Source of the DNA: an uncultured Acidobacteriota bacterium
Lineage (GTDB): Bacteria; Acidobacteriota; UBA6911
Direction of reading: 5' to 3'
DNA: 64,000 nt
NCBI GenBank assembly: GCA_963843575.1
Contig: CAWJKZ010000014.1
Span: 352,001 to 416,000, forward strand
Of the stretch, positions 30,240-41,106 are shown piece after piece. The notes under the pieces were generated by a model, which saw only the letters and a list, made by a program, of their open reading frames with translations, searched no databases and was not told where the DNA came from. The translations under genes and the position numbers were made by a program. Each line of letters opens with the position of its first letter. Positions within the stretch are counted from its first letter, which is position 1.

Positions 30240-31782
30240 TCATCGGCCCCTCTGCTGCCTGCTTCGGAGCCCGAGACAGCGGAACCACAACAAAATAGAA
30301 ATGATAGCACAGACGATGCAGAACCAGTCGCCGTATCGGGTGTAAACCGTCCGGGTGGAAATGAACGCAAATCTGCCGATACAGACATCCTCCTTCAGCA
30401 GTGCGGTGGCGGTCTGAATCCGGCCGGTCGGTTCGATGACGGCCGAGATCCCCGAATTGGCGGCGCGCAAGAGGTAGCGCCGGTTCTCGAGCGCTCGCCA
30501 TCGGGCAATCTCCAGGTGCTGGTACGGAGCGGCCGTGGCCCCATACCAGCCGTCGTTGGTCAGGTTGAGGAACAGCTCGCTCCCCCGACACGCGAAGTCC
30601 CGCGAGACCTCGGGAAAGACTGCCTCGAAGCAGATTATGGCGCTCGCCAGGTGCCCGTCCAACCGCGCCGTGACGTATTCGGTGCCGGGGTGGAAGTCGC
30701 TCACATCCTTTGTGATCGACTCGGCGAAGAACAACAGGCGCCTCAGCGGCACGTATTCTCCAAAGGGGACCAGGTGGAGCTTATCGTAGCGCGCCACTTC
30801 CCTGCCGTGCCGGTCAAGAAAATAGGCACTGTTGTAATAGCGGCGGCTCGGCCCGTCGGCGGACTGGGCGATGTTGTTGAACACGACCCCGAGCGGGAAG
30901 CGGCGCGCCAGTTCCTGCATCGAGGCGCGGTAGTCCGCGTCGTACTGGAAGGTCAGGGGCGACGGCGACTCCGGTAGGACGAGGAGGTCGACGCCCGCGG
31001 GCAGCGCCGCCGCCATCCGGGGATACTCGTGCAGGAATTTCGACGCCAGCGCCTCCCCGGTCTCGTCCAACGACAGGTTCGCCTGCAGCAACGCGGCCCG
31101 GCGGTCCGGCTTGACTTCGTCCCACCGCCGGATCGCCCGCCCGCCGTACAGCAGCGCAGCCGCGCAGAGAGCGGCCGTGACAACGGACGGCCACAGGGCG
31201 GCGAAAGAGCGCAGCCTGCGGCGGTAGATCCACAGCCGGCACAGGGCCGTGTTCGAGGCGGCGACCAGGAAGGAGACGCCGTAGACCCCGGTCAAGTCGG
31301 CGATCTGTATCATCCGCGGATAGTCCGTCTGTGAATACCCGGTCAGCAGCCACGGGAAGCCGCCGAAGAAGTATGTAATTGCTGGCATACTCCAGCGCGA
31401 CCCAGACGCACGGGAAGGCGAGCAGCCAACGCTCGCCGTCACGAGCCATCATCGAGCGCAGCAAGGCGCACGCAGCGGTGGGGAACGACGCCTGCATGAC
31501 GACGAGCAAGCCGAACAGCACCCAGGACAACGCGACCGGGATTCCCGCCGTAGCGGGCCAGGACAGGCGGGATCCAGATGCAGCACGGCAAGGTGCCGCA
31601 CGGCGCCGGCCATCAGACCGCAGACAGCGGCGTCGCGGATGCTGCGGCGACCGCACCACTGCCAGCAGCAGCGGCCCAAACGCGAGCCAGGCCAGATAGC
31701 CCTGGTCGACGCGAGGAAAAGACGCGAACTGAAGAATGCCGGAGAGAGCCGGCAGCAGGAATAATCGTGCGGTCGGAGACAC
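30240..31782 (-). CDS. lnt: Apolipoprotein N-acyltransferase (several indels at 31370-31640)
   Basis: GFPWLLTGYSQ, GVYGVSF, LPES, YYNSA, YDKLHLVPFGEYVP, ICFEAVFP, NLTNDGWYG, RAANSGIS. Confidence 0.93.
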
Positions 31783-31789
31783 GGGGTCG

Positions 31790-32440
31790 TCAGGGGTTCG
31801 TCTTTATGAACGAGCCCAGCCCGTCCTTTTTCAATCGCAGCTGCATCGCGGCGGCATCCGCGCGGCTCGTGAACCTGCCGACCTTCAGCAGGAACAGCGT
31901 GTTTGGCGCGACCGGCGCTTCGATCAGCGGGTCGTACCCCTTGGACTTCAGGACCGCCGCCTTCGCCTCGACCTCCCGCCGCTGGCGGAACGCGCCGACC
32001 TGGACGGAGTAGGTCTGGCCGAGCGCCGCCTGTTTCGGGGCGTTGGGCTTCGGCTTCGCCGCGGGCGCCGGCTCCGGCGGGGCCGTCGGCGCGGCGGAAG
32101 GCTGGACGACGGTCTTGACGGGTTCCGGTGGCGGCTCGAGCCCTCTTGCCGCCTCGCCGGGCTTGTTCACCCTCTTGTACCAGTCGAGCTGCTCGCGCAC
32201 CGGGCGGTCCCCTTCCGGTTGGGCCGGCGCGCCGTCACTCCCGAGCGCCTGTTGCTGGGGTTGGAGTGCCGCAGGCGTCGACGGGATCACCCGGGCTTCC
32301 AGCCCGACCGCCTGCCGCTTCCCCTCCACGAAACCGATGACGAAAAAACAGCCGCAGACGGCGACCAGAACGAAGAAGCCGACAATGAGCCTCCGGTTGT
32401 CCAGAACGAATTCCATGCCCCTGTCCATGCGCTGGTCCAT
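31790..32440 (-). CDS. SPOR-domain membrane-anchored protein
   Basis: N-terminal TM, Pro/Ala linker, YSVQVGAF...LKVGRF..RADA. Confidence 0.88.
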   Translation of the reverse strand: MDQRMDRGMEFVLDNRRLIVGFFVLVAVCGCFFVIGFVEGKRQAVGLEARVIPSTPAALQPQQQALGSDGAPAQPEGDRPVREQLDWYKRVNKPGEAARGLEPPPEPVKTVVQPSAAPTAPPEPAPAAKPKPNAPKQAALGQTYSVQVGAFRQRREVEAKAAVLKSKGYDPLIEAPVAPNTLFLLKVGRFTSRADAAAMQLRLKKDGLGSFIKTNP

Positions 32441-32453
32441 GTTGCTCCACCCG

Positions 32454-33206
32454 CTATTTTTCGAGCCAATGGCGGATTATATCCACGGGCACCGGGAAAA
32501 TCACCGTGGTGTTCTTCTCGACGCCGATCTCGGTCAGTGTCTGCAGGTACCGCAATTGCAGCGCCACCGGCTCCCTGTTGATCACGGCCGCGGCGTCCGC
32601 GAGCTTTTCGGCTGCCTGGAACTCGCCTTCGGCGTGGATGATCTTGGCCCGTTTTTCGCGTTCCGCCTCGGCCTGCTTGGCCATCGCGCGCTGCATCTCC
32701 TGAGGCAGGTCGACCTGCTTGACCTCGACCAGTCCGACCTTGATGCCCCAGGCGTCGGTGTGCTGGTCGAGGATCTCCTGGAGCTTGACGTTGAGCTTCT
32801 CGCGCCTGCTCAGCAGGTCGTCGAGATCCACCTCGCCCAGCACCGAACGCAGCGTGGTCTGGGCGAGCTGGGAAGTGGCGTACAGGTAGTTTTCGACCTC
32901 CACGATCGCCCTGGGCGCGTTCATGACCCGGAAATAGACGATGGCGTTGACCTTCACGGATACGTTGTCGCGCGTGATGATGTCCTGCGGCGGAACCTCC
33001 AGCGTGATGGTCCGGAGGCTCACGCGCACGATCTTGAACACCGGCCAGAACACGAAGAGCAAGCCTGGCCCCTTCGCCTCCGGGATGAGCCGGCCGAGCC
33101 GGAACACCACGGCGCGCTCGTATTCCCTCAGGATGTTGACGGTGCTCCAACCGTACAGCAGAACGATGCCGATGGCGAACAGCCAGGGCACATTGGACTG
33201 GTCCAT
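32454..33206 (-). CDS. SPFH/stomatin-like (slipin) protein
   Basis: [53 protein letters not shown]. Confidence 0.95.
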   Translation of the reverse strand: MDQSNVPWLFAIGIVLLYGWSTVNILREYERAVVFRLGRLIPEAKGPGLLFVFWPVFKIVRVSLRTITLEVPPQDIITRDNVSVKVNAIVYFRVMNAPRAIVEVENYLYATSQLAQTTLRSVLGEVDLDDLLSRREKLNVKLQEILDQHTDAWGIKVGLVEVKQVDLPQEMQRAMAKQAEAEREKRAKIIHAEGEFQAAEKLADAAAVINREPVALQLRYLQTLTEIGVEKNTTVIFPVPVDIIRHWLEK

Positions 33207-33246
33207 GACACCCTCACTTTGATGCCGTCAGATTAGCCGCGCTGTC

Positions 33247-34552
33247 TTATTTCAACTCCTCTACCTCGAGGGTCAGATCCTGAACGGCCTTGACCCTGAC
33301 CCGCGCGCCGGGCGGGATCGGCGTCCGGGCCTGCGCGGTCCAGTACTCGCCCCTCACCTTGACCCGCCCGGATCCATGGATCTCCGTGTCGGCGATCCCG
33401 ACGAGCCCGATCATCCCGGATGCACCCGTAGTGACGCGCTGCCGCAGCGACTTCACCACGGCCACCAGCAGCAGGATGAAAATCAGCGCGAACGGCACCG
33501 CAACCGACACCGCGGTCCCCAGGCCGATGCGAACCGCCGGGTCCGGAGTGTCGACCAGGATCAACATTCCTATTATCATGGCGACCAACGCCCCCAAAGC
33601 CGAGCACCCCGAACCCCTGGACCTTGACCTCCGCGACAAATAGCCCGACGGCGAGCAGGATCAGCAGCACACCCACGTAGTTGATCGGAAGGAACGAAAA
33701 GCCCAGGATGGACACGAGCAGGCAGATCCCGCCAACCACACCGGGCGCGACGAAACCGGGATGGGTGAACTCGAAATAGAGCAGGATCAGGCCGGCCACG
33801 CCCAGCAGCAACGCCAGGTTGGGCTGAGCCACGGTAGACAGGAACTTCTGGCGCGACGACATCGGGTAGTCCACCACTTCCTGGCCGCGGGTGGACAAGG
33901 AGCGTTCCTCCCCGGAAAAAAGGTGGACTTTGTAGCCCTCGAGCCTCTGGAGCAGCTCTCCCTCATCGCGCGCCACCAGATCGATCAGGCGAAGGTCCAG
34001 AGCCTCGGCCTCCGTGAAGGACTTGCTGTCGGTGACACCCTTCTCGGCCTCCGCCACGTTCCGGTTGCGCTTCGACGCGATGCTCCGGAGGAAAGCCGTG
34101 GCGTTGCTCGTGATTTTTTCCGTGAGCGTCTTGCCCGCCTCCCCGCCGCTGACCGGGAAACCGCCGATCGCCATGAGCGGGTGAGCCGCCCCGGTGTTGG
34201 TCCCGGGGGCCATGGCCGCCACGTCGGCCGCCAGCAGTATGAAAAAACCGGCCGAGGCGGCCTTGGCCCCGCTCGGCGTCACGTACACGACGACCGGGAC
34301 CGTGCTGCCCAGCATCTTCGTGATGATGTCCTCCATCGATCCGGCAAACCCGCCGGGGGTCTGCAGCCGGATCAACAGCAGTTCGGCCCGTTCCGATTGC
34401 GCCCGGTCGATGGCCCCCACGACAAACTCTGCACTGATGGGATCGATGGCGCCGTTCAGGTCGATGCGCGCGATCTTACCCCATGCGCCGCGGGTGCATC
34501 CGCCGGCGAGAACCAACAGAGACGCTACGCAGAGGCGCGCTAGGGAGGACAT
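33247..34552 (-). CDS. NfeD-family membrane-bound ClpP-class protease (indel near 33590)
   Basis: LQTPGG, GAKAASAG, MAPGTNTGAAHP, EK..N, TM region, C-terminal OB domain G.VKVRGEYW.A in ORF 33247..33639. Confidence 0.92.
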
Positions 34553-34714
34553 GGCCTGGCCTGTCTGGAGTGGACATCATAGCACACGACAGCCGGCCAA
34601 AAACCAACCGAGTTCCGGGATGGGGGCGCGCAATTCGGCGCCGAGGCACCGGGCTGTTTCGGCCGTGGGACGCAGTGAAAGCGGCGCGAGGCGGCCGAGG
34701 CGCCGCACTCCGGA

Positions 34715-35614
34715 TTACTTCAGGATGGCCGCCTGCTTTTCGGCGTGGTAGGAGGAGCGGACCAGAGGGCCCGACTCGAAGTGGCGGAAGCCCAGCGAAA
34801 GCCCGTAGTCGCGCAGCTGGTCGAATTCCTCGGGCGTATAGAACCGCTCGACGGGCAGGTGGTCCCGCGTGGGCTGCAGGTATTGTCCGAGCGTCACGAT
34901 ATCCACACTCGCGTCGCGGAGGTCGTTGAGGCTCTCCAGCACCTCGTCCCTGCGTTCGCCGAGGCCGAGCATGATGCTCGATTTCGTGGTGAGGTCCCCG
35001 CCCAGCGCCTTAGCCTGGCGCAACAGGTCGAGCGAACGGCGGTAGCGGGATCCGGCGCGTGCCGCCGGGTACAGGCGCGGCACGGTCTCGACGTTGTGCG
35101 CCAGGACGTCCGGTCTGGCACCGACCACGACCTGCAGGGCCCCGCCGTCGCCCCGGAAGTCCGGGATGAGGACCTCGATGCGGATGGCCGGCGAGGCCAG
35201 GCGCGTCAGCCGGATGGTTTCGGCAAAGATGCCGGCCCCGCCGTCCTTCAGGTCGTCGCGGTCCACCGAGGTGATCACGGCGTATCTCAGGTTGAGGCTG
35301 GCGATCGCCTCGGCAACCCGCCGGGGCTCGTCTGTGTCGTATTCCGGCGGTCGTCCCGTCTTCACCGCGCAGAACTTGCAGGCCCGTGTGCAGACGTCCC
35401 CCAGGATCATGAAGGTCGCGGTGCCGGCCCCCCAACACTCGCCGATGTTGGGGCAACGCGCGTCCTCGCACACGGTGTTGAGCCGATGCCCGCGCACCAG
35501 GCCCTTGAGCCGAAAGTACTCCTCTCCTTGCGGCAGACGCACCCTGAGCCAATCGGGACGTGCGGGGCGCCGCGCGGGGGCTGCATCGACGATCTTGAAC
35601 GGGTCCGATCCCAT
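34715..35614 (-). CDS. lipA: Lipoyl synthase
   Basis: VCEDARCPNIGECW, CTRACKFC, HNVETV, GQYLQP, VRSSY. Confidence 0.97.
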   Translation of the reverse strand: MGSDPFKIVDAAPARRPARPDWLRVRLPQGEEYFRLKGLVRGHRLNTVCEDARCPNIGECWGAGTATFMILGDVCTRACKFCAVKTGRPPEYDTDEPRRVAEAIASLNLRYAVITSVDRDDLKDGGAGIFAETIRLTRLASPAIRIEVLIPDFRGDGGALQVVVGARPDVLAHNVETVPRLYPAARAGSRYRRSLDLLRQAKALGGDLTTKSSIMLGLGERRDEVLESLNDLRDASVDIVTLGQYLQPTRDHLPVERFYTPEEFDQLRDYGLSLGFRHFESGPLVRSSYHAEKQAAILK

Positions 35615-35665
35615 AACGATTGTTTACCACATCCGCGGCGCCCGTGAACAGGCCCGCATTCCGCT

Positions 35666-36508
35666 TCAGAAGGTCCTGTAGGAGCCGAGCACCCGGAAGA
35701 AAAGGGTCATCTCCCTGAGATGACGGAGGGCGTTGGCGCATTCGCGGCTGCGCACGTCGCTGTGCAGGTCGAGGTAGAAGAGATATTCGAACGGCTTGCC
35801 GTGGATCGGACGCGATTCGATCTTGGTCAGGTCGATGCTGCGCAGCGCGAAAACCGAGAGCGCCTTAAACAGGGCCCCGGGCTCGTTCTTGAGTCCGAAC
35901 ACGACCGTCGTCTTCTCGCCCCCCTGCGGGAAGCGCCCGCGAGGCGCCAGAGCCAGAAAGCGGGTGAAGTTCTCGCGGTTGTCCTCGATGTTGCGCCGGA
36001 GGATCTTCATGCGGTAGATCCGCGCCGCGTCTGCCGACGCGATTGCCGCGGCCCCGGCCAGCCCGCGCTCGCTGATCGTCTTGACCGCCCCGGCCGTGTC
36101 GTAGAAGGAAACCTGCTCCGCCCTTTTCATCGAGCGCAGGAATTTCCGGCACTGCGCCAGGGCGACCGGGTGCGAATAAATCTGCCGGATGTCCGACAGC
36201 CGCGTGCCGCGCAACGCGATCAACTGGTGCTCCACCCGGACATAGGTTTCCGCCACGGCCTGAAGCGCGTGCGTCACCAGCAGGTCGAAGTTCTGGTGGA
36301 TGCTTCCGGCGAGCGAGTTCTCGATGGGGATCACCGCGAGGTCGGCACGGCGCTGCGCCACGCGGGCGAACACGTCGTCGAATGTCGCCGACGGGACCGG
36401 CTGGATTGCCTGGCCGCAGATCTGCACGCTCGCGCGGTGGCTGAAGGCCCCCAGTTCGCCCTGGAAGGCGACGCTTGTGCCGGGTTTCGCCCCTAGGGTC
36501 CTCTTCAT
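35666..36508 (-). CDS. pheA: Prephenate dehydratase (PDT + ACT)
   Basis: AFQGELGAFS, PIENSLAG, SHPVALAQC, NFTRF, LTKIESRP. Confidence 0.93.
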   Translation of the reverse strand: MKRTLGAKPGTSVAFQGELGAFSHRASVQICGQAIQPVPSATFDDVFARVAQRRADLAVIPIENSLAGSIHQNFDLLVTHALQAVAETYVRVEHQLIALRGTRLSDIRQIYSHPVALAQCRKFLRSMKRAEQVSFYDTAGAVKTISERGLAGAAAIASADAARIYRMKILRRNIEDNRENFTRFLALAPRGRFPQGGEKTTVVFGLKNEPGALFKALSVFALRSIDLTKIESRPIHGKPFEYLFYLDLHSDVRSRECANALRHLREMTLFFRVLGSYRTF

Positions 36509-36678
36509 GATCGACCAGCCGCCGCGGGCCCGGAAATGAGTTGCGCCTGCACCATGCACCCGACCGCCCTGTGGATCGCGGCGCCGGTGTCGGGGCGGCC
36601 GACCGCAGCTCCGAGCACCTCCGGCCCGATACCGCCGCCCGGCTGGATGCTCACAGAGCTAGTCTCGGGGGTACTCAT
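36505..36678 (-). pseudogene. Collapsed remnant of a LeuB/isocitrate-dehydrogenase-family gene (57-aa ORF)
   Basis: Manual translation MSTPETSSVSIQPGGGIGPEVLGAAV... resembles the family N-terminal motif PGDGIGPEV; sits directly after leuA; TGA overlaps the pheA ATG. Confidence 0.6.
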
Positions 36679-36704
36679 CGTTCCGCAGTCCCGTGCAATA
36701 CCGA

Positions 36705-38258
36705 TTATGCGCCCGCACCCTCCGCGCGTTCCTGATGCTCCGCCAGCGCCGCCTGATAATGCGCCATCTTATTGAGGCATTAAGATATGCTCGCGCGCTC
36801 GCGTCCACGATATCGGTGCTGGCCGCCTTGCCGATAAACGAGACCTTCCCAAAATCGACGCGCATGAAGACCTCGCCCACGGCGTCCTTGCCGCGGGTGA
36901 CGCTGTGGACGCTGTACTCCATCAGCCTCCCGGCAATCCCCGTAACCCGGTCGATTGCCTTCAGGGCGGCATCCACCGGTCCGTCACCGATGGACGAGTC
37001 CCGCAGCTGCTGCCCCTCCTTCTCCAGCACGACCGTGGCCGTGGCGATGATCTGATTGCCACCGCTGGATTGGATGTACTTGAGCCTGTAGAGCTCAGGG
37101 ATAACCCGCAGACCGTCGCGGACGATGACGACCAGGTCCTCGTCGTACACCTCTTTCTTCTTGTCGGCGACTTTCTTGAAAAGCGTGTAGGCCTTCTCCA
37201 GTTCCGGCTGGGTCAACTCGAAACCGAGATCCTTGTACTTGAGCTTCAGGGCGTGGCGCCCCGAATGCTTACCCATCACCAGCTTGTTGTCCTTGATGCC
37301 AACGGTCTCCGGCTTCATGATCTCGTAGGTCGACTTATCCTTCAGAACGCCGTCCTGGTGGATTCCGGCCTCGTGCGCAAAGGCATTCCGCCCAACTACT
37401 GCCTTGTTGGCTTGCACGATCAGCCCAGTCAGATTCGTCAGCAGGCGGCTCGAGGGGTACAGCTCCTGGGTGGCAATTTCCGTCCCCGCCTGGAAAAAAT
37501 TCCTGCGCGTGTGCAGCGCCATCACGATCTCTTCCAGCGACGCGTTGCCTGCGCGCTCGCCGATGCCGTTGATCGTGCACTCGACCTGCCGGACGCCGTT
37601 CTGGATCGCCACGAGCGAATTGGCCACCGCCAGGCCCAGGTCGTTGTGACAGTGCACCGACAGGACAGTCTTCCCGATGTTCGGCACGTGCGAGCGCAGG
37701 TATCGGATCGTCTCCGCGAATTCCGACGGAATCGGCGTAGCCGACCGTGTCCGGGATATTGACGACGCCTGCCCCCGCCTCGATCACCGCCTCTACAACC
37801 TGGCAGAGATAGTCGAGGTCGCTGCGCGAGGCATCCTCGGCCGAGAACTCGACGTCGGGGCAAAGCGATTTTGCATAGAGCACCGCCTGCCGGGCGTCCT
37901 CGAGCACCTGCTCCCGGGTTTTCTTCAACTTATGCTTCAGATGTATGTCAGATGTTGCGATAAATGTGTGAATTCTTGGTTTTGCTGCGTGCCGGACCGC
38001 ATCCCAGCAGCGGTCGATGTCGAGTTTGCTGGCACGCGCCAGGCCTGCGATGGTGACACTTCGGATCTCCTCCGCAACCCGCTTCACGGATTCGAAGTCG
38101 CCATCGGATGAGATGGGAAAGCCGGCCTCGATGACGTCGACCCGCAGCTTCTCGAGTTGCCGGGCGAGTATCAGCTTCTCCTCGATATCCATGCTTGCGC
38201 CTGGAGACTGCTCGCCGTCTCGCAACGTGGTGTCAAATACATATATGCGGTCTGTCAT
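36705..38258 (-). CDS. leuA: 2-isopropylmalate synthase (indels near 37735 and 36775)
   Basis: [70 protein letters not shown], regulatory domain GDGPVDA. Confidence 0.95.
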
Positions 38259-38297
38259 GAGGGATTCCTTTCCCCAGCGGGGTACGCCGATCGCCGT

Positions 38298-38325
38298 ATC
38301 TTAGACTGCCGACAGGGATAGTCAA
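38298..38325 (-). promoter_or_regulatory. Putative sigma70 promoter of leuA
   Basis: TTGACT-16 nt-TAAGAT, about 40 nt upstream of the ATG. Confidence 0.45.
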
Positions 38326-38356
38326 GTGCAATTCAAAACAAGTGAGGCCAGGCTTC

Positions 38357-38531
38357 AGAGGCTGCCCAACGGTTGAACCGCCCGCCCTGCCCGTAAAACA
38401 AGTGGTTCCGGGCTTCAGCCCGGACGTCTTTTGATCTGATCTATTTGGCGACGGGCGCACGTTCTGCGACCGCCGTCCGGGCTGAGGCCCGGACCGACGT
38501 GTATTTTGTTTGGATCCGTTGGACAGCCTCT
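38357..38531. mobile_element. MITE-like element with 16-bp terminal IRs enclosing an inverted REP-like doublet
   Basis: AGAGGCTGCCCAACGG (38357) / CCGTTGGACAGCCTCT (38531), 15/16 match; internal TCCGGGCTTCAGCCCGGA (38407) and GTCCGGGCTGAGGCCCGGAC (38475). Confidence 0.6.
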
Positions 38532-38566
38532 CGAGCCGGGGCTCAGTGCCCGGTGGCCGCGCGTAT

Positions 38567-39805
38567 TCAGCTGATGTAGCTGGCGTTTATGTCCACATAC
38601 TCACGGCTGAGATCGCACGTCCACACCCTCGCGCCGTGCTTTCCCTCGGCGAGATCGATCCCGATCCTGACCTCTTTGGCCTTCAGGGCGCGTTCGGCCC
38701 GGGCGCGCGAGGCTGTGACGCCGGCCCCGTCGCGGAAGATGGGGATGCCGGCGATGGTGAGGGTGATCTTACCGGGATTGAAGGGGACGCCGCTGTATCC
38801 GGCGGCGCACAGGATCCGTCCCCAGTTCAGCTCTTCCCCGTACAGTGCGGTCTTGACGAGCGGCGAGTGCGCGACGGTCTTGGCCACGGTCCGGGCGGCC
38901 TGGAAAGTCGGAGCTCCACGGACGGTGATTTCGACGAGTTTCGTTGCCCCTTCGCCGTCTGCGGCGATGCGCTTGGACAGCTCCTCGCACACCCGCTCGA
39001 GGCCGCGTTCGAAGTGGGCAGCCCAGCGCCCGTCCACGCGGCCGGAGGAGGCGCCATTGGCGATAATAAGGACGGTGTCGTTTGTCGAAGTGTCCCCGTC
39101 GACGGTTACGCAGTTGAACGTGCGGTCGACCACGCGCCGCAGGATGCTTTTGAGCTGCGAGGGGGGCATCTGGACGTCGGTGGTGAGTATGGCGAGCATC
39201 GTGGCCAGATTCGGATGAATCATCCCGGATCCCTTCGCCATCCCCCCGATGCGGACGATCTTCCCGCCGATGCGCCCCTCGACCGCAAAGGTCTTCTCGC
39301 GCGTGTCGGTAGTCATGATGGCGCGCATGGCACAGGCCCCGCCCCGGGAACTGAGGGCGGACACGGCGGCAGCGATACCCGACAGCATCTTCCTGACCGG
39401 GAGAGGCTCGCCAATAACCCCGGTGCTTGCCACGGCAACCTGGCTGGCCGGGATACCGAGGAGAGAGGCAAGGCTGTCGACGGTGGTCGCGGCATCGCGC
39501 AAACCCTCGTCGCCAGTGCAGGCATTGGCGCATCCCGAGTTAACCAGGGCAGCCCGGATGTGCCCGCGCGAGGACTGCAGGTGTTTCCGGGTGAGCGCGA
39601 CCGGGGCGGCCTGAACCCGGTTCGTCGTGAAGACCGCCGCCGCCGATGCCGGTTGCGAGGAGAACAGGACGGCCAGGTCGAGCCCGGCCTTCTTGATCCC
39701 CGCCGCAACCCCTGAGGCGAGGAAGCCTTGCGGGGCGGTAATTCCTCCTCGAACGGATTTCCAAGGCAGCCGTTTCGCACCGGTCCGGGGGAGTTCACGT
39801 TTCAT
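38567..39805 (-). CDS. argJ: Ornithine acetyltransferase / N-acetylglutamate synthase
   Basis: VFTTN, NSGCANACTG, STGVIGE, MTTDT, KGSGMIHPNLATML, DGDTSTND, DGEGATK, WGRI, YVDINASY. Confidence 0.97.
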   Translation of the reverse strand: MKRELPRTGAKRLPWKSVRGGITAPQGFLASGVAAGIKKAGLDLAVLFSSQPASAAAVFTTNRVQAAPVALTRKHLQSSRGHIRAALVNSGCANACTGDEGLRDAATTVDSLASLLGIPASQVAVASTGVIGEPLPVRKMLSGIAAAVSALSSRGGACAMRAIMTTDTREKTFAVEGRIGGKIVRIGGMAKGSGMIHPNLATMLAILTTDVQMPPSQLKSILRRVVDRTFNCVTVDGDTSTNDTVLIIANGASSGRVDGRWAAHFERGLERVCEELSKRIAADGEGATKLVEITVRGAPTFQAARTVAKTVAHSPLVKTALYGEELNWGRILCAAGYSGVPFNPGKITLTIAGIPIFRDGAGVTASRARAERALKAKEVRIGIDLAEGKHGARVWTCDLSREYVDINASYIS

Positions 39806-39852
39806 AAGCGGGGCGCACCATCGATAGTTCGTTTCGGGAGACGGATCCTGGC

Positions 39853-41106
39853 TCAAGCCTGCCTGGACACCGCTTTTTCGCGCTCGACCTCCGTCAGGAC
39901 GGCATCCAAGGTTGACAGGAACAGGTCCAATTCGCCCGTCGAGACGATGTAGGGGGGTAGCAGACGTAGAACGGTCTCGTGTGCGGCGTTGGCGATCACG
40001 CCGCGGCGCAGGAGCCGCTGCACCACGTCCCGGGCGGAGGCTCCGAGTTCCGCGCCGATCATAAGGCCCATGCCCCGCACCGCGCCGATCAGGGTGTGTT
40101 TTTCGGCCAGGGCCTTCAGTCCCGTCACGAGATAATCGCCCATCGTGCTAACGCGGTCCAGCAGCTGGTCCTCCTCCATTATGTCCAGCACCTCGAGCGC
40201 GAGCCGACACGCCAGGGGTCCTCCGCCGAACGTGGTGCCGTGGTCCCCCGCCTTCAGGCTTTCGGCGACGCGGGCGCTCCCGAGCACGGCTCCGAGCGGG
40301 TAGCCCCCGGCCAGCGACTTCGCCAGCGTCACCAGATCGGGGCGGATGCCGAAGTGTTGAAAAGCAAAAAACTTGCCCGTGCGCCCCATCCCACTCTGAA
40401 TTTCGTCCACGACGAGCAGACTGCCGTACCGGTCGCAGAGCCGGCGGGCCGCGTGGAGGAATTCCCGCGGCAGCGGCACTATGCCGGCTTCGCCCTGTAT
40501 CGGTTCGAGCACAAGCGCGCACACCTCGTCGTGAAACGCGTGTTCCAGGGCCTCCACGGTAAAGTCCTCGACCACGGAGACGCCGGGCAGAAGGGGGCGG
40601 AAGGGCTCCTGGTATTTCTCCTGGGCCGTGATGCTCAGCGCGCCGAGCGTCCTGCCGTGGAAGGAGTTCTTCAGGGTCAGAATTGCGCTCTTTTGCGCGT
40701 TCCCTTGCGACCGCGCGTAGGCGCGCGCGATCTTCAGCGCCCCCTCGATGGCTTCGGTCCCGCTGTTGGTGAAGAAGACCCGCGACATGCCCGAGATCAG
40801 CGTGAGCCGGCGCGCGAGCACGCCCTGGAACGGGTGGTAAAACAGGTTCGAGCAGTGCACGATCTTCTGCGCCTGCTCGATCAACACCCGGGTGAGCCGC
40901 GGGTGATTGTAGCCGAGCGCGTTGACGGCGATACCGGCGAGCATGTCCAGGTAGCGGCGTCCCTGAAGATCGTAGACGAAGGCGCCGGCCCCGTGCGAGA
41001 CGAAGAGGTCGTAACGCTTGTAGGTCGGAAACAGGCACTCCTGTTCGAGCGCCGCGATCTCGGCCTCGCTGAGTTTCAGGTAAGGGTCGGGCTCAGGAGT
41101 CTGCAT
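39853..41106 (-). CDS. argD: Acetylornithine aminotransferase
   Basis: GIAVNALG, NSGTEA.E, SFHGRTLG, EPIQGE, DEIQSGMGRTG, AKSLAGG, HGTTFGG. Confidence 0.93.
   Translation of the reverse strand: MQTPEPDPYLKLSEAEIAALEQECLFPTYKRYDLFVSHGAGAFVYDLQGRRYLDMLAGIAVNALGYNHPRLTRVLIEQAQKIVHCSNLFYHPFQGVLARRLTLISGMSRVFFTNSGTEAIEGALKIARAYARSQGNAQKSAILTLKNSFHGRTLGALSITAQEKYQEPFRPLLPGVSVVEDFTVEALEHAFHDEVCALVLEPIQGEAGIVPLPREFLHAARRLCDRYGSLLVVDEIQSGMGRTGKFFAFQHFGIRPDLVTLAKSLAGGYPLGAVLGSARVAESLKAGDHGTTFGGGPLACRLALEVLDIMEEDQLLDRVSTMGDYLVTGLKALAEKHTLIGAVRGMGLMIGAELGASARDVVQRLLRRGVIANAAHETVLRLLPPYIVSTGELDLFLSTLDAVLTEVEREKAVSRQA

Noticed and set aside
38259-38330. Leucine attenuator or T-box upstream of leuA
   Set aside because: No Leu-rich leader peptide or T-box motif, and the leader is too short
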